A stretch of 63,842 bases of DNA, the filler included, from Lama guanicoe (Eukaryota): assembly GCA_013239625.1 (NCBI GenBank). It is 203 parts of 203 records of this genome, joined end to end, with 100 filler letters (N's around TTAATTAATTAA, not from the genome) between each part and the next. Parts side by side here need not be neighbours in the genome. Positions count along the whole stretch, not along the records: positions 51,029 to 51,243 come from PNXV01038234.1; positions 51,344 to 51,558 come from PNXV01038235.1; positions 51,659 to 51,873 come from PNXV01038236.1; positions 51,974 to 52,188 come from PNXV01038237.1; positions 52,289 to 52,503 come from PNXV01038238.1; positions 52,604 to 52,818 come from PNXV01038239.1; positions 52,919 to 53,133 come from PNXV01038240.1; positions 53,234 to 53,447 come from PNXV01038241.1; 195 more parts are not named here. One strand, written 5' to 3'. Each line of letters opens with the position of its first letter. Position 1 is the first letter of the stretch. Shown one piece after another: positions 51,029-63,842 of this stretch. Under the pieces are notes generated by a model. The model saw only the letters and a program-made list of their open reading frames with translations, was not told the DNA's origin and searched no databases. The position numbers and the translations under genes were made by a program.

Positions 51029-51243
51029 TGGATCTGCCTGTTCTGGACATTTGACATAAATGGAATCATAAAACATGTAGGCTTTGGGGACAGGCTTCTT
51101 TCACTGAGCATAATGCTTCCAAAGCTCACCCACGTTGTAACAAGTATCAATCAGTACTTCATCCCTTTTTATGACTGAATAATATTCTACTGCATGGAGA
51201 GACCACATTATTATCCATTCATCTGTTGATGAGTAATTGCATT
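51029..51243 (-). mobile_element. LINE-1 (L1MB-like) 3' fragment
   Basis: tggat.tgcct.ttctggacattt.acataaatggaatcata...ggcttctttcact.agcataatg. Confidence 0.9.
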
Positions 51244-53929
51244 NNNNNNNNNNNNNNNNNNNNNNNNNNNNNNNNNNNNNNNNNNNNTTAATTAATTAAN
51301 NNNNNNNNNNNNNNNNNNNNNNNNNNNNNNNNNNNNNNNNNNNTGAGAACCACTTCTCTAGTGCACCAGCAGAAATGTGCAAGGCTTCAGGACTTCTGTG
51401 CTTGGAGCTGCACACCCTCACATCTACTTCATTCTATTGGCCAAGACAAGCTACAAGGAGAAGCAATCAAGAGGAGGGGCAGGCCACCCTGTTCCTGGCA
51501 AAGTTACACAGGAAGGGATATGAATACAGAGAGATTAGAAGAACTGGGCTATTAAAATNNNNNNNNNNNNNNNNNNNNNNNNNNNNNNNNNNNNNNNNNN
51601 NNTTAATTAATTAANNNNNNNNNNNNNNNNNNNNNNNNNNNNNNNNNNNNNNNNNNNNACTCGTGTCAACACTATTGACTGATTTACCCACAGCCCTGGG
51701 TTCTCGAGCATCAGGGAACAGAGACCCCATGCTTTCCTCTCCAAGCCTGAACCCCACCAAGCAATCTCCAAACTCATTGGACAGAACTGAAGATCCCAGC
51801 TTTCCAGATTACCGCTTTGTCTCATTTTTGAATTAGCTTCTAACCAAACAGGGGCAAAATATTTATGGCAAGANNNNNNNNNNNNNNNNNNNNNNNNNNN
51901 NNNNNNNNNNNNNNNNNTTAATTAATTAANNNNNNNNNNNNNNNNNNNNNNNNNNNNNNNNNNNNNNNNNNNNTAAAACCAGTGCTTCCACTTTGAATGG
52001 TTTTAGCTCTGCAGAAATGTCAGACAGAGAATGCGGGCCCACTTCCCCACTGTTATCAGCTCGTGTCTTGTGGCATATCTGTCACAGCTAAGGAACCAGC
52101 GTGGGTGCCACACCACGGACTGAAGTCCACACTTACTTTGAGTTTCAGCAGTTTTCCCCGAACGTCCTTGTCCTGTCCCAGGATTCCANNNNNNNNNNNN
52201 NNNNNNNNNNNNNNNNNNNNNNNNNNNNNNNNTTAATTAATTAANNNNNNNNNNNNNNNNNNNNNNNNNNNNNNNNNNNNNNNNNNNNTTTTATTGGATA
52301 GAATCAGATAACCATGAAGACATTCTACATTTCCCTTTAGTCTAATTTTTGCAGGGAATGACAACTGCTAAGTGTTTAAAAAATATGTTTTTAATAGGAA
52401 GACATAGTAGTTGAGAAAAAGCAATTAAGTTTTTATAGAGAAAATTCTAACCCTTTCAGCCTAAGTAATTTTTTTAATTAATAGGGAATAAAAAAATACT
52501 CAANNNNNNNNNNNNNNNNNNNNNNNNNNNNNNNNNNNNNNNNNNNNTTAATTAATTAANNNNNNNNNNNNNNNNNNNNNNNNNNNNNNNNNNNNNNNNN
52601 NNNCTTTCACTGGGAAACTACAATACATGCATATATATGGGGAGGTATAGCTCCGACTCAGTTTTTCAGTGAAAACTGCATTAACTTCCAACTGGAACTA
52701 GGAAACTTACTGAGAAAACAGGGTAAGTGTTTCTACTGCATCATATTTCTTTTGTACAAGATAACCATTGTCCTTCCACATGCTAAATTCTGAGAGTTCA
52801 CTGTGTGTAACCCGTCAANNNNNNNNNNNNNNNNNNNNNNNNNNNNNNNNNNNNNNNNNNNNTTAATTAATTAANNNNNNNNNNNNNNNNNNNNNNNNNN
52901 NNNNNNNNNNNNNNNNNNCTAATCCAGCTAGTGTGACATAAGACGGTCCATCACAGACAAGACGGTCCATCAAAAACAAAATCCTCTAAGTAAGCGGGTC
53001 CGTGAAAGGAGAGGGCACACTTCTTAGAGAGTGAATGTTTCAAGGTGTGGCTGCCTCCATTCACAGTCTTTGGGTATGTGCTAGGGCATCAGACCTCATT
53101 TGAACTTCAACCTAATCTATATCTATTAAGAGGNNNNNNNNNNNNNNNNNNNNNNNNNNNNNNNNNNNNNNNNNNNNTTAATTAATTAANNNNNNNNNNN
53201 NNNNNNNNNNNNNNNNNNNNNNNNNNNNNNNNNGGGTGTTTGCAGGAAATCCCAGTGACAAAGGCTGCCTCCCCAAGTTCAGAGAAGGTATTTCTAAGAA
53301 TTCCCCCTAACAGGGTACACCTGTGACTGAAGAGAGCTGCGTGGGCTTGTCTCTCGAGCTGCCCACGCACTGACAATGTTTCCGGAATCCTGGGCGTATG
53401 GAGGTTCCACCATCGGTCGGCAGCGCGTGGGTTCTAACGGAATGCCTNNNNNNNNNNNNNNNNNNNNNNNNNNNNNNNNNNNNNNNNNNNNTTAATTAAT
53501 TAANNNNNNNNNNNNNNNNNNNNNNNNNNNNNNNNNNNNNNNNNNNNAGAGCAGAGTCAATCAGAGGAGAGCAGTTTGTTATTTATGTTTGGAACTGACA
53601 GATCCCATAAGATCCCAGAACCATGCCTTGGAGCTGCTTTCATTTTTCTTTTTCTTATTTCTAGGGATACGTGACCTTCAAAATGGAAACTTGAGGAGTT
53701 AAAACAAAGTCACCAAATCACTTTATAAAGACTTCTTTTTTCCTTCTAATTTCTTTTATCTCNNNNNNNNNNNNNNNNNNNNNNNNNNNNNNNNNNNNNN
53801 NNNNNNTTAATTAATTAANNNNNNNNNNNNNNNNNNNNNNNNNNNNNNNNNNNNNNNNNNNNGAGGAAACGGCCAAATGAGTGAGGGTGTTGATGCCACT
53901 ATGGTTGGCTGGCTTTATAAACTCCGGGC

Positions 53930-54077
53930 CAGTGGTTCTCCAAGTGTGGTTTCCAAACCAGCAGAGCATCACTTTTACCTGGGAAATTGTTCAGAATGCA
54001 CATTGTCAGGCCCCAACCCATCCCTACTGAATCAGGAACTCAGGGGTTAGGACCCGGGAATCTGTGTTTTCAGAAGA
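53930..54077 (+). mobile_element. MER5A-like hAT-Charlie DNA transposon fragment
   Basis: TIR cagtggttctc.aagtgtgg; internal cctactgaatcag.aactc.ggg...ggaatctgtgtttt. Confidence 0.88.
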
Positions 54078-55223
54078 NNNNNNNNNNNNNNNNNNNNNNN
54101 NNNNNNNNNNNNNNNNNNNNNTTAATTAATTAANNNNNNNNNNNNNNNNNNNNNNNNNNNNNNNNNNNNNNNNNNNNGGGTACAAGGGTTATGAGGAGCA
54201 TGATTTGTCTTGCCATCACGGATAAATTATTTTATCCGTGGAAGGGAGGAGACACACCTCAGTTTTAATCTTTGCGATCCCATAAAATGTTACTTTCTCC
54301 TTGTGCCAAGAATGAGCCGGAGTCTGGAGAGCAGGGGAGGGAAAATGGGACTTGCGGGCAGGGCATTAGCTTTAGCAGGCAGAGCTGAGTTCNNNNNNNN
54401 NNNNNNNNNNNNNNNNNNNNNNNNNNNNNNNNNNNNTTAATTAATTAANNNNNNNNNNNNNNNNNNNNNNNNNNNNNNNNNNNNNNNNNNNNATCTCAGC
54501 CTCTTTTGGTACAAACCATCAGTGCTTTCACTAATTTTACCATTGCAATCCTCTTAAAAACTCTGTGTGTCTCCTGTAAGTCTTATTTGTGTTCATCCAA
54601 TGCCCCCAAAACCACACCCAGAATTCTTTTCACAACAAATATTTCCACAATTTAGATGTGTCAGGCTACTGTGGAAGAGGACCCTTCAGATATTTGTTTA
54701 GCTGTGANNNNNNNNNNNNNNNNNNNNNNNNNNNNNNNNNNNNNNNNNNNNTTAATTAATTAANNNNNNNNNNNNNNNNNNNNNNNNNNNNNNNNNNNNN
54801 NNNNNNNAGGATATTAAATTAAGTAGTTTTAATGTCACCATTTGATAGCTTGGAACACGAACAATTCATGGTTCTCAAAACTGTCAGGTCGAAGCATCCG
54901 GCCTTTGGGGTGGGATGGTGGCGCTGGCGGGGCTTTTGAGCCAAGCTTACAATGAAGGAACTCAGCTTTCACGTTGGAGATGCAGCTGCGGCCGGGAGAG
55001 CCGGGCGGAGCGGTCAGCCTGCNNNNNNNNNNNNNNNNNNNNNNNNNNNNNNNNNNNNNNNNNNNNTTAATTAATTAANNNNNNNNNNNNNNNNNNNNNN
55101 NNNNNNNNNNNNNNNNNNNNNNTAGGTGTCCTGTACCTTGCTGGGCACACAACGGGTGCTGAATTGAGAGCCGGAAAAACCTGAAGCTGCACACTTCGCT
55201 TTAAGTGTCAATATCCTAACGTT

Positions 55224-55237
55224 CCAGCAGATGGCAG
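55224..55237 (+). promoter_or_regulatory. CTCF-like motif CCAGCAGATGGCAG (another, CCACCAGGGGGCTG, at 48709-48722 minus)
   Basis: Match to the CTCF core consensus only; no functional evidence. Confidence 0.4.
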
Positions 55238-57687
55238 GCTTTCTACACAAATGGCACCACCTGCACCACTAAAAACAGGGACCACCATGAGGATTAAACT
55301 CAAAGAAGCCTGCACTGTCCAGATTTTAATAGGAATTNNNNNNNNNNNNNNNNNNNNNNNNNNNNNNNNNNNNNNNNNNNNTTAATTAATTAANNNNNNN
55401 NNNNNNNNNNNNNNNNNNNNNNNNNNNNNNNNNNNNNGGGTATTCCATTTTCAAATATGATGAAATACCTAAGGAAAAGTTACTATCACTAAACATTACA
55501 CATCCTAATTCCTTGTCCAGCTCCACCTGGTTATTACCACCTCCCCAAATCAACCATCCAGTATCAAGGAAGTGTCCAGTCTATGACGCATACAAGCAAT
55601 CACTGCTCTCACAAGCCACAATGCCCAAATATTTCCTAACACAAAGGGAAATNNNNNNNNNNNNNNNNNNNNNNNNNNNNNNNNNNNNNNNNNNNNTTAA
55701 TTAATTAANNNNNNNNNNNNNNNNNNNNNNNNNNNNNNNNNNNNNNNNNNNNATAGGCTATCCCTGGGGAATCAAGCTTAAAAATGAAAACAGGCAAAAC
55801 AAAACGAGCAGAGACATCATTGAACACACATTGCAGGAAGATGGACTTCATGTATTCAGTCCATCTGCACAACCTGGACGGAAGGCATGGGGCAGCTGTT
55901 TGAAGACTTGAGAAATATATAATAGCAGACAGATGGGGGAAGAAAACCAGAGTTTAAACTCAGAATTNNNNNNNNNNNNNNNNNNNNNNNNNNNNNNNNN
56001 NNNNNNNNNNNTTAATTAATTAANNNNNNNNNNNNNNNNNNNNNNNNNNNNNNNNNNNNNNNNNNNNTTCTAGCAGAGGGTCTCACTTCTTAAAAGTTAT
56101 TGACCAAAACAAAATTAAAAAAAAAAATTTGATCAACAAAACGAAGAGATAGCCCAGAAACAAAAACCTGGTATATACAGGAAATGTATGCTTGACAAAA
56201 ATGGCGACGCAAAACTGAGAAGAAAAGCGTCATTTGACACATGATTAGCAAGTTGAGGGGAAAGTACACAGCGTACAGCAGANNNNNNNNNNNNNNNNNN
56301 NNNNNNNNNNNNNNNNNNNNNNNNNNTTAATTAATTAANNNNNNNNNNNNNNNNNNNNNNNNNNNNNNNNNNNNNNNNNNNNTTAATGGAGTGCCTGTTC
56401 TGGGCCAGATTTTATTCAAGTGCTTTATATTGGGTAATAAAACTAAGATCAGAAAAAGTGGAGCATAATTTTTTTTCCTGGAAAAATAAACACTGTCCTC
56501 AGACTATTTTTTAAGTTACAAGCAGTGAAATTCTATTTCACAATTACCATACAAATAATACTTCAGCTCCATGAAGTTAAAACCTTGGCAGTTAAAANNN
56601 NNNNNNNNNNNNNNNNNNNNNNNNNNNNNNNNNNNNNNNNNTTAATTAATTAANNNNNNNNNNNNNNNNNNNNNNNNNNNNNNNNNNNNNNNNNNNNGCT
56701 GGAATGCTGAGAGCAGGCATCAGGCATGGAGTGATCAGTCCACGGGGACAGGTGCCCTCAAGTCACAGACAACTGTGTTCCTGGAAGACCTCCCGTTTCT
56801 CAGCTGCATCTGTTGCATTCTAAATGCACCAGGATGCCTGGCATTTAAAGCAGGGGTTTGCAAACTTTTGTCCCACTGAGCACACGCTCAGGATGACTTC
56901 TCCTGCATAGCGNNNNNNNNNNNNNNNNNNNNNNNNNNNNNNNNNNNNNNNNNNNNTTAATTAATTAANNNNNNNNNNNNNNNNNNNNNNNNNNNNNNNN
57001 NNNNNNNNNNNNACGTATTTTTCTGTTCATCCTTCTGATACATATGTGTGTATGTATATATATGACCTATATATTCAAACCAAACTGTTAAAGCATAGGT
57101 CATTTTTTTTGTTTCTTAGTCAAACTTTAATTAAAAAAATATCTTTCCAAAATGGACATAAAATATTTTGTGGCTCACGTAATAGTATTTTATAATATTC
57201 AAAAGAATATACTGAGAATGGAATTCANNNNNNNNNNNNNNNNNNNNNNNNNNNNNNNNNNNNNNNNNNNNTTAATTAATTAANNNNNNNNNNNNNNNNN
57301 NNNNNNNNNNNNNNNNNNNNNNNNNNNTTGGCCCTGTTGCTGTGACTCTGTTTAGTTTCCAGAAACTTGACCTTCAACTCCTCCTGTCACTCACTGTGGA
57401 GTAAAGGACTGACATGAAAACGGCTGCTGCCATGCTGTTCTAAACCTTTCTGGTGTCAGAGACACCAGGACCGATGCCACTTTCCGCAACCTACCACTCC
57501 CACACTCTGAAGGAAATTATTCCTAAACTCCTTAGGTACCAANNNNNNNNNNNNNNNNNNNNNNNNNNNNNNNNNNNNNNNNNNNNTTAATTAATTAANN
57601 NNNNNNNNNNNNNNNNNNNNNNNNNNNNNNNNNNNNNNNNNNTCTTAGTGCCTTTTCTCAAGGAAGAAGAGCGGCTACCACCTAAAG

Positions 57688-57721
57688 ATGCTGACTCTCC
57701 TGCTGCTTCTCCTGGGGCTAG
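57688..57721 (+). CDS. T-cell receptor beta variable leader exon, TRBV29-like
   Basis: 34-bp exon MLTLLLLLLGL(G) then donor G|gtatgg; recalled human TRBV29-1 leader MLSLLLLLLGL|GSVFS. Confidence 0.75.
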
Positions 57722-60700
57722 GTATGGCCTTACCCGTGGGGACGGTTGGAGTTAATGCTAAACTGCTGAGAAGAGGAGTCGAGGGTCTGAGGACACGAGT
57801 CAGAGGACGGGGGGAGATGTTGGATTGGAGGATCCCCACAGAACGACAGCTGGCAGANNNNNNNNNNNNNNNNNNNNNNNNNNNNNNNNNNNNNNNNNNN
57901 NTTAATTAATTAANNNNNNNNNNNNNNNNNNNNNNNNNNNNNNNNNNNNNNNNNNNNTTTAAAAATCCACTTTTTATTTTAAAACCATTTCCAATTTACG
58001 GGAAAACGGCAACGAGAACGCAGAGTCCCTTAGGCCCAGCGCTGAATTCCCCGGCTGTCCGCACCTCACGGAAGTGCCACGCGCTTGTTATGGGCTGATG
58101 CTTTATTCTGAACCCGAATCTGCACTTTCTTCAGATCTGCTTGGTTTTGGCTGCTGCCTTTTTCTTTTCTTANNNNNNNNNNNNNNNNNNNNNNNNNNNN
58201 NNNNNNNNNNNNNNNNTTAATTAATTAANNNNNNNNNNNNNNNNNNNNNNNNNNNNNNNNNNNNNNNNNNNNTTGCAAAAGCAGAGAGGGCTGGTATGCT
58301 AAAATTCAGGAGGGGAGTGAAAGACAGAAAGTAAATGGGAAAATGTAGCTGTTTTATCTGGGTGCACTTGTCAGTTCTGGCTACAGGAAGGAGCCTGAAT
58401 ATTGAGCTTGGCTCAGGCAGAGGGTTATGACTCAGTGACAGGGCAGGGGAGATGTAGGGTGCAGGGAGACCAGAAACCAGAGACCAGNNNNNNNNNNNNN
58501 NNNNNNNNNNNNNNNNNNNNNNNNNNNNNNNTTAATTAATTAANNNNNNNNNNNNNNNNNNNNNNNNNNNNNNNNNNNNNNNNNNNNGGCCTTTTCTGTG
58601 TGGCTTCTTTTCCTTAGGCTTTTTCAGTTTTCATCTGTGTTGTACCAGGTATAAGTACTTCATTAATTTTTTTCATTGAGATTAAATATACATAACATAG
58701 CATTTGCCATTTGAACTGTTTTAAATACACGTTAAGTTGTATGGCCTTAACTGCAATCACAGTGTTGTGCAAATAGCCTCTCCATCTCCAATCTCTAGAA
58801 CTNNNNNNNNNNNNNNNNNNNNNNNNNNNNNNNNNNNNNNNNNNNNTTAATTAATTAANNNNNNNNNNNNNNNNNNNNNNNNNNNNNNNNNNNNNNNNNN
58901 NNTTTCTCGACCCGATTATTCGGATGAGGTGCGCTCTCTCCTGCTCACTCTCTCGTTTCGGGCTGCACCCCTAGTTGAGCCCACGCCAGGAGTTCTCTGA
59001 AAACAGTCCCCACTCCTCACAGACCTGATCCTGATCGGGGCCCCACGACAGGCCGCTGCTGCTCCCTCGTTTGGAGCCTCTAGTCACCTGCCTTGGAGTC
59101 GGTACTTTGTCATGGGTNNNNNNNNNNNNNNNNNNNNNNNNNNNNNNNNNNNNNNNNNNNNTTAATTAATTAANNNNNNNNNNNNNNNNNNNNNNNNNNN
59201 NNNNNNNNNNNNNNNNNTGGAGTCTGGCTTCCTGTCGCCCACGGTCCTGGGCAGCTCCTCTGTCACTTGCTCTTTCCTGTCTGGGTGTTTTGGACACACC
59301 TCCGCCTTCTAGAAGGCAGCTCTCAGCCAGGGCCCTGGGTGGGGGCTCAGGGTCAGATGTGGGGTTCCAGCCCTGTCCCCGCCGTACGGCCACACCCTGC
59401 CCGTTAGACCTTTGCTTTTCTTCTTAAAAAAGNNNNNNNNNNNNNNNNNNNNNNNNNNNNNNNNNNNNNNNNNNNNTTAATTAATTAANNNNNNNNNNNN
59501 NNNNNNNNNNNNNNNNNNNNNNNNNNNNNNNNCTGTATCTTTGCTTAGTTTTGAACTTCATGTAAGTGGAATAATGTTGCTGTGTGCTCTTTTGTGTGTC
59601 CCTTCATTTATTCAATACTATGTCTGTGCTCCATGTTACTCCACGTAGCTGTAGTTTGTTCATTCTCATTGGTATGGGGTTTTCCATTGTATTAATATAA
59701 CACAACGTATTTATATAGTTCACCTTTATGTGCATTTGACTTGTTTCNNNNNNNNNNNNNNNNNNNNNNNNNNNNNNNNNNNNNNNNNNNNTTAATTAAT
59801 TAANNNNNNNNNNNNNNNNNNNNNNNNNNNNNNNNNNNNNNNNNNNNGGGATCCCATAAGAAATACCATTGTTGGTGTATGTAGAAGGTAGGGGTGTAAA
59901 ACTGCTGTTCCAGAGCTGCTTTGTCTGCTTGGCTCCATTGTTGATGTGTTCTCATGAGAAGAGAAATTGGTCATAGCAAACACTGCTGCACGAAGGCAGG
60001 GCTGAAAGTTCAATTCATATCCAGTGGCCCTGAAATTTCATACTGAGATTGAGATTTGTTTANNNNNNNNNNNNNNNNNNNNNNNNNNNNNNNNNNNNNN
60101 NNNNNNTTAATTAATTAANNNNNNNNNNNNNNNNNNNNNNNNNNNNNNNNNNNNNNNNNNNNTTTGCTGCACACAGTATTATCTTTGCAGTCTGCTGAGT
60201 CACCTTGATTAGATACCGGGAGGAAATTATTTCCTAACATAATTTTATGCTGAATTTATAGATTTGATGCCCATATTTAAAAAAAAATTCTTAATTATGA
60301 ATTTTCTTTGTTTTTGTGGCGTAAGGCTGTTTGATAGGCAGGTAGAGTTTTATAAATTAGATAAGTAGATACGGTTCNNNNNNNNNNNNNNNNNNNNNNN
60401 NNNNNNNNNNNNNNNNNNNNNTTAATTAATTAANNNNNNNNNNNNNNNNNNNNNNNNNNNNNNNNNNNNNNNNNNNNTCTGTGCCTGTTTACCGTGTGGA
60501 GACCTCCATTTTCCATTCGGCTTATTGAAAGTTTTTCTACAATATTATATCTACCATGGCGTGATTTTTTAATTACCAGTATAGCATTCTGTCTTGTGGA
60601 GGCATCGTCCATTATATTTCAGACTTAAATAAACTTAAAAGTTTAAACTTAAAAGTTCCAAGTATACTTAACTGAAATACTGAAAAGAGAACNNNNNNNN

Positions 60701-62239
60701 NNNNNNNNNNNNNNNNNNNNNNNNNNNNNNNNNNNNTTAATTAATTAANNNNNNNNNNNNNNNNNNNNNNNNNNNNNNNNNNNNNNNNNNNNCCAAAAAT
60801 ATGAGTGAAATGGTGGCTCTGTGCTAGTCACTCTTCTAGACACTACGAGAAAGATCCACAAAGTCACTGCCCCATGGAGATGACATTCTAGTCAAGGCAG
60901 ATCAAACAAGGCCACTGCGGTGAGTGTTAAATGTGTGACAGGAACAAAACAGAGGAATGTGATGATGAGGGGCCCAGAAATTGCTGTTCTTCATGAGGTG
61001 GACAAAGNNNNNNNNNNNNNNNNNNNNNNNNNNNNNNNNNNNNNNNNNNNNTTAATTAATTAANNNNNNNNNNNNNNNNNNNNNNNNNNNNNNNNNNNNN
61101 NNNNNNNTGAAGAGCTGCTCGCTCTTTCATTTTGTGGAAGGGGTTATCTTTTTTTCGCTCTGTTGTTCAGACTGAGTAATTTCTATTTATCCATGTTCCC
61201 TGTTTCCTCTGTCACCTCCTTTGCGCTATTGAGCTCAGTCAGTGAGGTGTTTGTTCCTGTATTTGGCGGTTGTATTTTTCAGTTCTAAAATGTCCACTTT
61301 GTTCTTCATGTCTTCTATTTCTNNNNNNNNNNNNNNNNNNNNNNNNNNNNNNNNNNNNNNNNNNNNTTAATTAATTAANNNNNNNNNNNNNNNNNNNNNN
61401 NNNNNNNNNNNNNNNNNNNNNNTTAAAAACTACTACTTAATGGTGTTGTTAAAGCTCGTGCATATCTGTTTCATTTTTACAAGTGTGACTGAGCAGTTTG
61501 GTGCTGCACAACTCATTTGGAACTCAGAGAAACACCCAAGAAGGACCTGGTCATAACCCATGTAGCCCTCTTCACTGGGTAGCAAGATGGGGTATACACA
61601 CACAGAAGGATGACCACGGAGAGCTAGCACTGAAATCNNNNNNNNNNNNNNNNNNNNNNNNNNNNNNNNNNNNNNNNNNNNTTAATTAATTAANNNNNNN
61701 NNNNNNNNNNNNNNNNNNNNNNNNNNNNNNNNNNNNNCCTCGCTCTCTCCCTATCAAGGGTCTGTGCACATATTACATGGTTGGCACCAGACTCCAGCCA
61801 TCTTTGGCAACTTCAGGCCATGCCTCATTTTCCAGACAAGGGTGATGAAGGCCAAGGAGGGGAAGTGACTGGCTCCAGTTCACACCCAGGAGCCGGCAGC
61901 AGTCCCAGGCTGCTGCCCACCCAGTGCCTGCCCCTTCTGCACCGTCACACTGNNNNNNNNNNNNNNNNNNNNNNNNNNNNNNNNNNNNNNNNNNNNTTAA
62001 TTAATTAANNNNNNNNNNNNNNNNNNNNNNNNNNNNNNNNNNNNNNNNNNNNCACCCGTTCCTCCAATATACATGTTTCTGGGTGAAAAGACATAATACG
62101 GGTTAAAATGTGTAGACTCTGGCAGGATTTTACAAACTCCAACTTTTTCGGGGTCCAGGGAGATAAGGTAAATGAGCGAAATCAAACATGTATGTGGCAA
62201 CCCTTGGAGGCGGGGATTATGGTGATCTGGAAAGTGAAG

Positions 62240-62267
62240 TATGTGTTTGTATGTGTGTGTGTGTGTG
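62240..62267 (+). repeat. (TG)n microsatellite at contig end
   Basis: Direct reading. Confidence 0.9.
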
Positions 62268-62391
62268 NNNNNNNNNNNNNNNNNNNNNNNNNNNNNNNNN
62301 NNNNNNNNNNNTTAATTAATTAANNNNNNNNNNNNNNNNNNNNNNNNNNNNNNNNNNNNNNNNNNNNAGTGGTGCTGTTTCATCTCCCCAG

Positions 62392-62520
62392 GCTGCTCTG
62401 ACCTGATCCGGAAAGCACTACAATGTGCCATCGGGGGGTCTTCCCAGAGATGGAGGGATGCAAGGAAACCAAGGCGGAAGCGTGCAGACCCAGATGAAGA
62501 TGCCAAAGTTCTGCTCTCAG
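62392..62520 (+). other. Candidate 129-bp phase1-phase1 exon of unknown gene
   Basis: Acceptor tttcatctccccag, donor CAG|gtctga, open frame (G)CSDLIRKALQCAIGGSSQRWRDARKPRRKRADPDEDAKVLLS; not recognised. Confidence 0.25.
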
Positions 62521-63842
62521 GTCTGACATTCCCATATCCATCAGGTGGTTTTCAAATTCCCCTGTCGGACCGTCTCACACATNNNNNNNNNNNNNNNNNN
62601 NNNNNNNNNNNNNNNNNNNNNNNNNNTTAATTAATTAANNNNNNNNNNNNNNNNNNNNNNNNNNNNNNNNNNNNNNNNNNNNTGAAACTTAGAAGAACAC
62701 CTATCCATTTATTTGAAATGTTCTCAAGTGTTGGATGGCCTAGGGAAAGGTAATAGGAAAATGGTAATAGAAGAAACCACAGGAGGATGAAAGGGCAGGA
62801 ATAAGACAATTCAAGAAGACAATTATGTTTGTCAAACCTCGTAGAATTATATACTTAAACGAGTGAACTTTACAGTATGTAAATTACACTTCAATAANNN
62901 NNNNNNNNNNNNNNNNNNNNNNNNNNNNNNNNNNNNNNNNNTTAATTAATTAANNNNNNNNNNNNNNNNNNNNNNNNNNNNNNNNNNNNNNNNNNNNAGC
63001 CAATCCTTTGAACCAGATGACCCTGCCTCTAAGTGACCGTTTTTACCTATTAAAGTGTAAATTTCATCTAGTTCAATCTAAAAAGTTAGATTACTGTTTC
63101 AAATGAACTAAAGCACATTATTTTTCAGATAAAAATGAAAATCATTGTCAAAGGAGGGCCACTCCGCATGTCAGTGCTCAGTGGAAGCCTTCCTAGATTC
63201 ACACTCTCCAGANNNNNNNNNNNNNNNNNNNNNNNNNNNNNNNNNNNNNNNNNNNNTTAATTAATTAANNNNNNNNNNNNNNNNNNNNNNNNNNNNNNNN
63301 NNNNNNNNNNNNTTTTTTCATATTCATTGGATCAACCTGAATCTGAAAAGATGTTTAAAAAACACTGCCTCATTCTACTTCTCATATATGAAAATGATCT
63401 TCCCTTTGACTTTCTATAACTGCAGCTTAACTCGTGTTTCAGTCACAAAAGCCTTGTTACTCTGCCTGAGCCTCGGCTCCAAGCCATCAGCCTGGAACTG
63501 CTGTGCCCTTTGGTATTCAGCACTCAGNNNNNNNNNNNNNNNNNNNNNNNNNNNNNNNNNNNNNNNNNNNNTTAATTAATTAANNNNNNNNNNNNNNNNN
63601 NNNNNNNNNNNNNNNNNNNNNNNNNNNAGTTAAATGATGGGAGTTTATTAAATAGCTATGCCATTTTCAGATAAAAGAAGATTGAAATATTACATAACAT
63701 TTGACTTCCTATTACAGAGAAACTAATGATGTTTAAAAATATTAATAAATGTTTGGCACCACCCTGAAATATTCTCTACTATTAAGGGATATCTCTCAGT
63801 ATCCTAGGAAAATAAGGTGAATGTGTAAAGGAAGATATAAGG

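Larger units (their letters stand above)
1..63842. other. Artificial concatenation of 203 unplaced ~215-bp contigs separated by 100-bp N44-TTAATTAATTAA-N44 linkers
   Basis: Strict 315-bp period. First linker 216-315 with motif at 260-271. Three 214-bp contigs (7876-8089, 21420-21633, 53234-53447) account for the phase shifts, and the total length adds up exactly. Confidence 0.99.

Noticed and set aside
26774..57857. Apparent immune cluster (IGLV, MPO, TRBV, ANO6)
   Set aside because: These are separate contigs joined artificially; the genes are unlinked in mammals.
59848..60062. Minus-strand CSSVCYDQF resembling a connexin loop
   Set aside because: It is followed closely by a stop, with no further connexin similarity.
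1213..63579. Most ORFs in the supplied track
   Set aside because: They reach 60 aa mainly by running through Ns to the linker stop, often use non-ATG starts, and lack recognisable homology.
216..63627. CRISPR-like array (constant repeat plus unique equal-length spacers)
   Set aside because: The repeat is an N-padded six-frame stop linker, the spacers are 215-bp mammalian contigs, and there are no cas genes.

Overview
This window is not contiguous genomic DNA. It is an artificial pseudo-scaffold of 203 unrelated short contigs (200 of 215 bp, 3 of 214 bp) joined by 202 identical 100-bp linkers (N44-TTAATTAATTAA-N44, with stop codons in all six frames); 203x215 + 202x100 - 3 = 63842. The contigs are mammalian nuclear DNA, most likely camelid (Vic-1-type tRNA-derived SINE and camelid-type L1 3' ends, recognised from memory). 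Most contigs are intergenic or intronic sequence and decayed repeats (L1, L2, MaLR/MLT1, MER5A, microsatellites). Recognisable gene fragments: two olfactory receptors (OR1J-like, OR4X-like), an MPO exon, the 3' end of a FRY exon, an ANO6-like exon with a dead splice donor, an Ig lambda V leader with promoter, a TRBV29-like leader, and an open ERV env SU N-terminus. Five contig pairs are near-identical, each with first mismatch at base 50 and last at base 166, the signature of de Bruijn bubbles with 49-bp shared flanks. Adjacency between contigs has no biological meaning, so I find no support for a novel multi-gene system. Nearly all ORFs in the supplied track are chance ORFs or run into the linker.
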